Shown: piece by piece, positions 10,783-21,000 of the stretch | Layout: every line of letters begins with the position of its first letter | Position numbering within the stretch: position 1 is the stretch's first letter | Source: Barthelona sp. PAP020 | Lineage: Eukaryota | NCBI GenBank assembly: GCA_040182905.1 | Contig: JARQWU010000027.1 | Span: 1-64,000, forward strand | Direction: 5' to 3' | DNA length: 64,000 nucleotides | Translations under genes and position numbers: made by a program | Notes under the pieces: model-generated | What the model saw: only the letters and a program-made list of their open reading frames with translations | What the model was told of the DNA's origin: nothing | Databases searched by the model: none

Positions 10783-12861
10783 TTATTTATTTCGAAAAAT
10801 CGTAGATTTTTTGGTCTTGGTCTTTGATTTGATAGACTTAACTTCTGAATCTGGAGGAGGAACAAAATTGTTTTCAAATACAATAGTACATTTATTGCCA
10901 ATTATTTCTTTTCTTTTGCAATCAGAAATCTCGCTTGATTTTTTCTTTTTAACAATATGAACAACAGGCATTTTTTTTTTCTTTTTCTTTTTTATTTTGG
11001 GCTTAAAACAATTCAATATTTGTGGATGGTCTATTAGAAATTCAAAAGGAGCTTTAATTTCTTTAACAAATTCAATATCTTTGGTTTGATGGTACCATTC
11101 AATTAACATCATGGATAATTCATTAATATTCAGATTATTTAAAAAAGCACCATTAAAATCAATTGATGAAGTTGTAGAGGTAGATGTGCATGAGGCAGAA
11201 AGATTATTCACATTATTTTCGATTGTTTGCATATGCAAATCCAAAAGTTTTTGACGAATAAAACTGTTATGAGATTGGACGAAATTTACATGAGGAAAAA
11301 ATTGCAACAATAAATTTTTGTAGCAATTCATCGTTGCTTGCGAGAGATGATGATTTTTGTTGAAGTTATCTTGTAATTTTAATACTAAAGCAGAAAAAGT
11401 TTGATTTGCTTCTTTGTGAGAGTTTGGACAAATTATTTCTTTTTGAACAATTTGTTCTCTGGGTAAGGATTCAATGAACTTCAACTCTTCTGGAACTATT
11501 ATTTGTTTGATTTGTTCACAGATATTAAAAATTTCATCATTAAACATATTCTTTGCTATAGTTCTGATTTCCTCATCATAACAAAATGGAAAGATACATT
11601 TGAATCTTTCTTGACTATTGCGAAATAGTTGTCCTGCAAATATTTCTGCTTTTGAAAATTTTGGTAAAGATCTTCGACTCCTTTTTCGATCAATCATTGG
11701 AACACCAACAATATTATACATCTCTGCCAACAAGGAAGATTTAATGTTGAAATCTAATTCACTATCAGTGTTTAAAGAAGGGTTTAGATTGACCTCTAGA
11801 ATCCAAGGATAAAAATCTTCATCAATCAATACATCAAAACCTAATAATTGATAACATTTATCAGTTGCAAGTGTCCCATTATCATTCATCAAATTCTCAT
11901 AACAAGCAAGAATTGTTTTAACGATAAGATTCTCAATTTTTCTTTTCAATAGGTCAACATCATGATATTGAGCGATATATTCATAAAATTGTTCAAAATA
12001 CCATTTCAATTCGCATTCTGTCTCACTTTTTTTATTGATAGAGTAGTTTGTCAAGTGACTGTAGACATCTTGTATGTCTTCAGCATGATATTCATTGGAT
12101 GCTAGTCGGATCAAACCATCATCAAAAAGATAGATTATCAACGGATCAAAACTACTAACCAAGACATAAAGACGAAAATCAAACTTCTTGTTATTAATCA
12201 ACAATGGTTTTGCTAAATATTCAGAAACAACAATATTCTCTTTAGATTCTATTTTTCCAAACTTTTGCAAATACACTAAAGTGTCTTTCTTTGTGAAGAT
12301 AACTATTCCTTTCCCTTGAGAAGCTCCACGAGGTTTTAATATAAAAACACTATCTTCTTTAAAATCATGAGAAATACTTCTTTTACAAGCGTTTAACTCT
12401 TCAGGTAAACACCATGTCAAAGGAACTATCTTATTAGTATCATATTTTGATTCAAAATATTGACAATTTTGTCCCAAAAGATCTTTTTGGGTGAGATTTA
12501 CAACACCAGGTACTTGATTAATTAAAGCATAAGGGTTTGTGGTCAAAGAAACCAAAGAATCATTGAAAGAAATGTAATGAGTCAGTATTTGTAAATTGAA
12601 TTTGTTCATTGAAGTCATATAAAAACCGTTGTAAAATAAAGTGCATAATATTAAGGGAGGGGTATTTTTATGAGCACAAAAAAATAGAGCTTTTGAAGAA
12701 TTTCTTGAAGGTGTCTCGTTATAACTGATAGTATTTTCATTTTTAGTTGTATTATCATTATTATACCAATCCATAATAATCGACAACATTTGACGATTGA
12801 TAATTGGTTCAAATTTTAAACATCCTCCAACATATTTGTAATCATTCACTTCATTCGACAT
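10783..12861 (-). CDS. Tubulin-tyrosine ligase-like polyglutamylase (TTLL4/5-like)
   Basis: ILKPRGASQGKGI, KFDFRLYVLV, HLTNYSINK and GFDVLID...LEVNLNPSL. Confidence 0.9.
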   Translation of the reverse strand: MSNEVNDYKYVGGCLKFEPIINRQMLSIIMDWYNNDNTTKNENTISYNETPSRNSSKALFFCAHKNTPPLILCTLFYNGFYMTSMNKFNLQILTHYISFNDSLVSLTTNPYALINQVPGVVNLTQKDLLGQNCQYFESKYDTNKIVPLTWCLPEELNACKRSISHDFKEDSVFILKPRGASQGKGIVIFTKKDTLVYLQKFGKIESKENIVVSEYLAKPLLINNKKFDFRLYVLVSSFDPLIIYLFDDGLIRLASNEYHAEDIQDVYSHLTNYSINKKSETECELKWYFEQFYEYIAQYHDVDLLKRKIENLIVKTILACYENLMNDNGTLATDKCYQLLGFDVLIDEDFYPWILEVNLNPSLNTDSELDFNIKSSLLAEMYNIVGVPMIDRKRSRRSLPKFSKAEIFAGQLFRNSQERFKCIFPFCYDEEIRTIAKNMFNDEIFNICEQIKQIIVPEELKFIESLPREQIVQKEIICPNSHKEANQTFSALVLKLQDNFNKNHHLSQATMNCYKNLLLQFFPHVNFVQSHNSFIRQKLLDLHMQTIENNVNNLSASCTSTSTTSSIDFNGAFLNNLNINELSMMLIEWYHQTKDIEFVKEIKAPFEFLIDHPQILNCFKPKIKKKKKKKMPVVHIVKKKKSSEISDCKRKEIIGNKCTIVFENNFVPPPDSEVKSIKSKTKTKKSTIFRNK

Positions 12862-13310
12862 ATAGGGAGATTATTACATGGAATAAATGGAAAAATTGAA
12901 TTATCAAACGAGTGAAGATTTTTTTTTTACAATTTTTGTAAAGTCCATTTTTGCCACACTTGCAATTTTTTTTTTTGTTTCATCTTTTTGGGATATATTT
13001 TCTTTTTAAAATTTTATTATTATGGTTTAGTTTCTTTGATTCTCCTTTGTGATAAGATTTTATCACATTATCTTTGAGGTTAACCTTCTCTTTTTTTCAA
13101 TGACTTATTTATGATTCATAAATTTGTTCTCTTTGGGCTTTTGGCTGACATATTCAGCTGAATATTGAAGAAAAGAAAAAAAAAACTCACATCCACATTG
13201 GAATGGTTTATTTAGTGTTTCAAAGCATTAACAAACAAAATAAAAACTTAAAATACAATTTTAAAAGTTTTCAAACAATCAATATTTCTAAAACATTGAA
13301 TTCTTTAATA

Positions 13311-14186
13311 TTAAGGAATTGGAGTTCTTTTTTTGTCGAACATTCTATCATCAATGGGAACAAATGTCCTTGTTCGATCCAAATCAAAAAATTGAATTTC
13401 TGCATTTGAATCATTTGATAATACAGTATTTGTAACAGAAGTTCCAGCAACCTTTACAGTTTCTCCTCTCAATTGACTCATTAAGTCAATCATTGCATCA
13501 GCCATTTTATCAAAAGGTCTTAAAAACAACTGATTGTCACAAGCTTGATAATTTCCATCTTCAATACAACCAAACGAAGATAAGGCATTAAGCAATATAA
13601 TTAGATTATATACATTGCTAACATTGGGAGCAAGTATCTCAGATTGATCTGGTTTGATATTGATTCCATTCAAATCTAAATATAAAGGATATAATCCATC
13701 ATAAACTTCTAAAAATTTCATCAATCTTAAATATAGTTCATCCAGCAAAATTCGATAATATTTTAATTCAATGTATCGAAGATGAAACTCTTTAATATAA
13801 GGCATAGCTTTCCATAAAGACCAATTGAATACTAAATTGCGAAATCTTGACTCTTTAGCTTTTCCTTCATCAAGTATTAAACCGATTCCTTTTAAAATGG
13901 TTAATGCAGTGCTGATACGTCTTCGTTTTAATCCAGTCTTTTCACCAATTTCTTCTCTAGTCAATATACTTGAATTTTTAAATGATTGAATAATAAGATT
14001 TGTTATCACACTGATTTTTGGACACTTTTCATTTCCAAAAGAAGAAAAACTTTCATTATCAATGGTTTCATGACTTTCAAAAGTTTCTAATGGTTGGGAA
14101 AAAGAATTAGGATCATTAAATGTTAAAGATAATGTATCATAATCAATTTCATTTAATGAAAGGCTATTCTGGAAATCCCAATCCAT
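13311..14186 (-). CDS. Divergent E2F/DP-like winged-helix protein
   Basis: IGEKTGLKRRRISTALTILKGIGLI resembles E2F KRRIYDIxNVLEGIGLI and is followed by a W-containing strand. Confidence 0.5.
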   Translation of the reverse strand: MDWDFQNSLSLNEIDYDTLSLTFNDPNSFSQPLETFESHETIDNESFSSFGNEKCPKISVITNLIIQSFKNSSILTREEIGEKTGLKRRRISTALTILKGIGLILDEGKAKESRFRNLVFNWSLWKAMPYIKEFHLRYIELKYYRILLDELYLRLMKFLEVYDGLYPLYLDLNGINIKPDQSEILAPNVSNVYNLIILLNALSSFGCIEDGNYQACDNQLFLRPFDKMADAMIDLMSQLRGETVKVAGTSVTNTVLSNDSNAEIQFFDLDRTRTFVPIDDRMFDKKRTPIP

Positions 14187-14531
14187 ATTTAATGATAAGA
14201 CTATACAACAATATTTTTAAATCTTTAAATTGTTTTGCCTGCAATTTTTTTTAGTATCAGGCAAAACATTTTTCTACATTTTGTCACATATTTTTGAAGT
14301 TAGAGGTCGCAAAATTAAGTGTATTAATTATCACTATTAATTATTCGCAATAGGTTTGAAATAAATGAAAAATCTCAGAAAGAAAAATTTGAAAGGAAAA
14401 ATGACAAAAATTACATTTCTTTTTTAAACATCCTAAAACAATGGAAAAAATACTTTTATTGAACAAATTAGAATAAATGAAACATTAAATAATAAAAATG
14501 AAAAAAAAACTCAATTTTACAATAAATATTT

Positions 14532-16886
14532 CTAATGGAAATTAAATTGATCCAAAGAAGAAAATGTACGATTAATTGACTCTTCTATTTCATTATCAGT
14601 ATATGAAAAAACTTTATTTACATTTTTAACAACAAATAAATTGTCTTTAAGAACAGAATTATAATTATCAAATAAATTTCTGTAAGATTCAACAAAATTA
14701 TCATGTAATTGTTTGCAAAACATATCATGTAATTCAGAACTGTAAATAGAAATGGCAGTTGATTCTTTGAGAAATTCTTCAAAATCAAGTTTAAACTTTC
14801 GATACAAAGGAGCATATAATTGGATTATTTCATTAGCTAATTGAGTTCCTTGTGCTTTAAGATTCATATTGTTGGTTGTTAAGATATTTTCTTTGATTTC
14901 CTTTAATTGGTTAATTTTTGAAACAACTTCATTTTGATAGAGGTTAGAAATCCAAGGTTGGGATATTTTGGAAGTTAATTTTCTTCCTTTTTCCTCTATC
15001 TTATTGTATATAGCTCTTTTAAAAGCTCCACCTAATATCTTAACAAGGGAATAATTAATGGGAGAATTTAGGCTTTCATGAATGTACATATAGTTATTTA
15101 ACAACCAAACAATCATCTTCCAATCCTTTTCAAAATTAGAAATAACATGTTTGTCCAACACGTCTATGATTACATAAATTAAATCATAAATAAAACATGA
15201 AATAGGAGTGTGTTTGATTGTTTCATTGGTTTCAAGTTCTTTCTTTTGAATGGTGAAAACTTCTCCAGAATTGGCTAACAAATCAAATTCAATGGTGTTT
15301 GGTATTGGCAAACAAAAATTTAGCAAAGTCTTAAGACTCTTGCTTGATGATTGATGATTCTTTTTGGAAAATGAGGAATCAGTATTTGAGTCAAAATCCG
15401 TCATGTGTGTACATTTTTGATTCTTGAAAAGATGATTGAAAACGTCATCGTAAGGCAATATCAATCTGCAAAACCATAATGTTAGAATAGTCAAATAATG
15501 AGGACAATAATCAGATGCTACGATATCGTTTTGATTCAATTTAACAATGTTATGCAAATTTTCAAAGAAAGAACCAATTTTTACCTTACACTTCTCACAA
15601 ATTTCAATCACAAAATTTCTTAGTTCCTTTTGCTTCATAATCTCTTCACTATTGATTAAAACAGATACACTGGCAATAGAAACCAATGTCTCATGTATTA
15701 ATAGATGTGGAGAGGGATTTTGAAGTCCAAATGAAAATTCTCTAGGACATTCAGCATTGATGTAATTAAATAAAGGTTCAATTATCAACTGAAAGCATTG
15801 TTTGTACAATTTTTCATCATCAGCAAAAAGGCTCTTCAAAAAGTCATTTTCAACTCTGATAACAGCAATCATTCCTCTATAAACACGAACCAAACAATTA
15901 TTTTCACCAATATCATTATCATTTGCATTTGGTTTGGCCTTTAATTTCAAAGAAGATGGCAAAAAGAAACGACTACCCACAATTGTATTCTTAAAAAATT
16001 GAGGATGAGTCAGCCTAGCAACATCATAACTCTTGCGAGACTCATATTGCTCAATAATCAATTTCACCAAATCAAAACAGTCTGTTCGACGAATTTGAAT
16101 GAATTCATTTATGTTAACCACTTTAGGAACAATCATTTTCAACAGTTTGATCTTTTTCTTTGAATAGAAGCCCACATCTTCTTCAATTGTACCTTCATCA
16201 GTCAACAAAGTCTCAGGATGAATGTTACTTGGTTTAGCGATAATATAACTGAACAAAACATTCAATTTAGAAAGAACAAGATTCTTAGTGGTTGAACAAC
16301 TCTTTTGTTTTAATCCCAAAGACACAATCATGTCGTTAAGATTATTATTTGCCAAAAAGTCGTCTAGCTTACGTTTTGATGCAGCATTTGATAAAAGTTC
16401 ATCTAAAGAAGCAAATCTATCAATCAAAACATCTGTTTTATTAATTAAATCAATACAATCATTTAACATATCATCATTGACAAACAAACCTTGTAAATAT
16501 CGACTCAATTTACTTTTATTACTTAATTCTAACTTGTACAGTTCTGAAGAACATATGTCATTGATTAGTTTTGTAAGTTCCAATTCCAAACCACTCACTT
16601 TTTGAAAAATTACTCTTTGTTCACTCTCAAGTTTGGAGTATTTCAAGGATTTTTGTTGGTAATAACTTAATTCATTGAAAACTTCACAAACTTTGAAATA
16701 TTGTTCTTCCACATTATTGATAAAGTTGAATATTTTTTCTTCATCTATAGAATCCCTCAATTGTAAAATTTCATCAAGCTTCAAAAAATCATGTCTCAAT
16801 GCATCAGCATATTGTTGACTTCTTTCAGTTATTTCATTTTCATAATGTTTTAAAAACTCAAATTCAGCATCAATGTCATAATCCAT
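14532..16886 (-). CDS. EXO70: Exocyst subunit Exo70
   Basis: HYLTILTLWFCRLI, WLLNNYMYIHESL and the terminal KFKLDFEE...ESYRNLFDNY...FSYTDNEIEESINRTF match the Exo70 C-terminal domain. The likely start is the ATG at 16886. Confidence 0.8.
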   Translation of the reverse strand: MDYDIDAEFEFLKHYENEITERSQQYADALRHDFLKLDEILQLRDSIDEEKIFNFINNVEEQYFKVCEVFNELSYYQQKSLKYSKLESEQRVIFQKVSGLELELTKLINDICSSELYKLELSNKSKLSRYLQGLFVNDDMLNDCIDLINKTDVLIDRFASLDELLSNAASKRKLDDFLANNNLNDMIVSLGLKQKSCSTTKNLVLSKLNVLFSYIIAKPSNIHPETLLTDEGTIEEDVGFYSKKKIKLLKMIVPKVVNINEFIQIRRTDCFDLVKLIIEQYESRKSYDVARLTHPQFFKNTIVGSRFFLPSSLKLKAKPNANDNDIGENNCLVRVYRGMIAVIRVENDFLKSLFADDEKLYKQCFQLIIEPLFNYINAECPREFSFGLQNPSPHLLIHETLVSIASVSVLINSEEIMKQKELRNFVIEICEKCKVKIGSFFENLHNIVKLNQNDIVASDYCPHYLTILTLWFCRLILPYDDVFNHLFKNQKCTHMTDFDSNTDSSFSKKNHQSSSKSLKTLLNFCLPIPNTIEFDLLANSGEVFTIQKKELETNETIKHTPISCFIYDLIYVIIDVLDKHVISNFEKDWKMIVWLLNNYMYIHESLNSPINYSLVKILGGAFKRAIYNKIEEKGRKLTSKISQPWISNLYQNEVVSKINQLKEIKENILTTNNMNLKAQGTQLANEIIQLYAPLYRKFKLDFEEFLKESTAISIYSSELHDMFCKQLHDNFVESYRNLFDNYNSVLKDNLFVVKNVNKVFSYTDNEIEESINRTFSSLDQFNFH

Positions 16887-16925
16887 TATAATATTCGGAA
16901 AAAAGTCAATTTTTTTTTTTCGTGT

Positions 16926-17896
16926 ATGCAAGGTTATCATTTTGAACAAGAACCAAAACCTGTTCATTCAGGTAAAGGAAAGTACAGGGATACCAGTACA
17001 AAGTATGACAATGTCAAAATTCAAATTGGAAATCTAACTTTTCTAGTCCAAATCCTGTTAATATTATGTATGATGCAAGAGTTTATAAAGGTTCGAATGC
17101 AGCCCGATTAAGAGAAGAAAAAAAACAACAAGATATGGTGTCTCAAACCCAAAAACGCACAGTTAAAAGACAAGTTGAAGAAAACGTCAGACCAACTGTT
17201 TCAACACCTCCACCAGTTGATGGTAGAATGCATATGGATGTTCAAACAGAACAATATTTGGAAGAATTGACTGATGATGTTCCAAAATCAGAAATATTCA
17301 CTCAAACAGATCCTTTTTTAGATCGTCCACCATCTCCAAAATATGTTCCTCAAAAGCGTGGTATTGATACGTTTACACAAATATTACCCGATGAATTATT
17401 TGATTTCAATGCTGAATGTCAACCGATTCTTGAAGTTTTAATTGGTAAAGTTTTACAACAGAGTTTGAGTGAAGTTTTAGAAGAGGAAGAATTGATGAAT
17501 TTGAAGATTCAAAGAGACATGTTTGAACAAAAAAGAAATGCAGAATACTCTGAAGTTCAACGTTTGGAAGAGGCAGAAAAGCGTAAATACGAAGAAAGAA
17601 AACGCAGACAAGCTCAACATGAAGAAAGAATTGCCATGGAACAAGAGATTCAGGCAAAACTTCATGCTATCTCATTTGCTGAAGGATTGCTACAAAATGT
17701 CGAAGACGACGTCTTTACTCAACTTGTTGAAGATGGATTCTTCTTTGATCCCATTCAAAATGAGATTGAAGCTGAATATATTCCTTCTATCTTGGAAAAA
17801 GCTAGTGCTCTGCTGAAGCGTAAATCTGAAACTCAAAATGTTGTTGAAAATATGTTAAAAGATGTCTTTAGGACTGCATCTTTTATAAAGGCTTAA
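16926..17896 (+). CDS. RSP3: Radial spoke protein 3; exons 16926-17002 and 17047-17896
   Basis: The spliced product reads MQGYHFEQEPKPV..KYRDTSTNPNPVNIMYDARVYKG. It also has GRMHMDVQTEQYLEEL, TQTDPFLDRPPSP and ELFDFNAECQPILEVL. Confidence 0.92.
17003..17046 (+). other. 44-nt spliceosomal intron (phase 2)
   Basis: GTATGA...CTAAC-TTTTC-TAG. Removing it restores the RSP3 frame and its conserved N-terminus. Confidence 0.85.
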
Positions 17897-18035
17897 AATT
17901 GTTATTTTATATTATTGAAGTTATGTTTAGGTGTCTTTAATAATTTAAACCATTTTAAAGTTGGTATATTTGTAAAATCTATTTTTTCTTTCAAAACAGA
18001 ATTTTTTTTTTCTTCATATTATTTGACTATTTTTT

Positions 18036-21000
18036 ATGATAATTACATTTAATTTAGTTACTAATACTGAACCACAAACTTTAGACAATTTTGCAAAAGA
18101 ATTTAGAAAATATGTAGAGAATACAGCCAGAGATTTGAAAGGAGAAGATAATTCGACATTTTTACACGATATATATGAATTTATTAGATCAAAATTACAT
18201 AGCAACAATCTTTTAGACAAATATTCAGGATTGATGGCTATTGATTCGTTAATTGAATCTCCCTGTGGGGAAAGTAGCAGTAAAATCCCACGTTTTTTTA
18301 CATTTTTAAGACCTCTATTATTAAGTTCAAATGATTTTAATTTTACTCTAAAGTTATCGAAAGTTTTGGGACATTTGGCCTCTTCGGGGGAAACGATTGT
18401 AAGTGAATATTTAGATCATGAAATTACTCGTTCATTAGAAGTTTTAGAAACAGATATGAGAAATGAAATGGCCATTGTTGGTGCTATTTCTATTTTAAGA
18501 GAATTGAGTTATTCGTCACCAGCTGTATTTTGTGGTTTCTTTGATCGATTTATTGACTCTATTTGGATTGGTATTCAAGATTCTCGAGAATACATTAGAC
18601 GTTTAGCGGTAGATGCATTGTGCACCTCATTGAATCTATTGACCTCCAGGGATCCTATCTATCAGCAACAGAAATTGTTTGATATTTATAATGTTATGAT
18701 AACTCTTTTGGAGTCTAACAATAGTGTTCGAATTCATGGGGGACTTATGGTTGTGGATGCGTTACTGAAGCATAATTCTGAGTTTTTGATCCCAAGGTTT
18801 CAGGGATTATTAACTCAAATCATAAGGTTTTTGGATAGTCGTGATGTTTTGATCCGCAGTCAGTCTATTATCTTAATTGGAGATTTCAGTTTTCATCTGA
18901 ATGAAATGATGATAGAGTTCCTTGAAACTATCATTAAATTGGTTCTAATAAAGGACGTAAAGTATCGATTGTTGATCATTCAGGCCCTTTCAAAGATGTG
19001 TTTGGGGATTAAGTCGAACATGATTAAATACCTGGATGGAATATTGGAGATGTTTAACAAGACTTTTGTAGACTTACAAAAGAAGAAAATAAATATTGAT
19101 GAGGAAGAATTGCTTTTGAGTTTAAAGGATGTTGTTACAGGTATGTCGTATGCTTCCAACAATCGTGAAAAATTATTTCATAAATTTGTCAGTATGGCCT
19201 TCCAATTTCCTCTTTCTGAGGCTTTATCCTTGTTATTGTTAGAAATTGTCAAGTTATCACCGAATAAGCTACCTGATGTGCAAACCAAGTTGTTGAATCA
19301 GATTTCGTTGGTTTTGTCGAATTCACTGTATGTAAATGAAAGTTCCTCATCTTTTGAGATAGAATTTCAAAAGTACAATGGAAATTTCAATTCCATTTTC
19401 TCAACTGTAACACAAAAGCCAGAACAAATGGCTAACAAAAAAAATTTTTCGTTTGTTGAAATATTGAACGCTTTGCGTTGTTTTTATACTTTCAATTTTC
19501 AAAATTTCAATTTAGCTTCCTTCATTCGCAGAGCAGTGAGTTCCTATTTTGATTCTGTTGATGAAAAGATTCGATTGCAAAGTGCTTTGGTTGCTATCAA
19601 ATTTTTATCACCACAAATCACTTCTGACAATAAGGGTTCCAGCTCACGACGTAATTCGAACGATAAGTTGGTAATGAATGCCCCTTCAAGTGGTAAATAT
19701 CGGTCCACAATGTTATTTAGTCTTATTATGCATTTGACAATAATGGCCGTGAGTGATCCCTCACAAGAAGTTAGACTGGCCATTATTTCTTCTTTAGATG
19801 AAAGGTATGATGAATTTATGATTCAGGCAGAAGTATTAGAGACGCTTTTATTGGGATTAAAAGATGAGATTTTTGAAATTCGTTTAAGAACTATTGAATT
19901 GTTAGGAAGATTGTCGTTGAAAAATCCTGCCATGATTGTGAGCACCCTGAGACAAGTTTTAATTCAATTATTGATGCAATTGAGCTATGCTATTGACAGT
20001 AGGGTTAAAGAAGAGAGTTGTAAGTTGATTTCAACAATAATTAGGTCTTGTAACCATCTAATTAAGCCTTATACCTACAATTTAATCGGTAATTTGCAAC
20101 CCAAGCTAAAATTGGAGGATAGTCAAGTGATTACAGCTGTTTTGGAAATGATATCTGAGTTGATTAGTGTTAGCGATTTTAGCAGCATGCAAAACTCCAA
20201 ATTCAAGTTGTTCAAAACAGTATTGCCAATCATTTACGATCAAACATCAGTCCCTAAGAAATCAGCAGCTTTTAAGTTATTAGCTAAACTAGTACAGCAG
20301 GGAGGGTTTCCTATTAAGCCATACAACGAAGAACCTACCTTGTTGAAGACTTTGATCAGTGAATTAGGCAGTGAACAGTCAACTGCTTTAAAAATAGACA
20401 TTTCAAATTTAATTGGTGTTATTGGTGCATTGGATCCCTTTCAATACAAGCTATTGGGGACTTCAAAATTCAAATATGGTAAAGAGGAAGATGAAGAAGA
20501 TGATGATGAGGACGATGAAATATTCTTTGAAATTGATGAGTTGGAGAATGAAAAGGACAGAATTTTTGGCAAGGAAAACTTGACTGAAAATGAAAAAGCA
20601 AACGATGTCGTTGAGCTAAGCGCTCCTGAAAATATTGAAGAAGAAACTGGTGAAATCGATTTAGATCCTATGTCACCTCTATTTTATTGTGGTTTGGTTA
20701 TTTCTGAAATGATCGCCATACTAAATGACACATCCTTACAGCATTATTATCAACTAGCACATCATTGCGCCATATACATATTTAACTTTTTGGTTGACCA
20801 GGATAATGTGTTTTTGCCACACTTTTTGCCTGTTTTATTGAAGCAAATTGTCATAAATGATATGCATCAGCGTGAGTTTTTATTTGCTCAGTTGGTAAAA
20901 TTAATTGATGCGGTAGGTCCTCGTATCAGCCCATTTGTTGCCCAAATCTGCGATTTAAGCATGAATTATTGGTCATATCAAAATCCCAGTATTAGTATAA

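Noticed and set aside
13048..13166. Cluster of short palindromes and a U2-like GGCTTTTGGCT
   Set aside because: No GTAGTA branch-pairing motif. The palindromes are AT-rich and plausible by chance.
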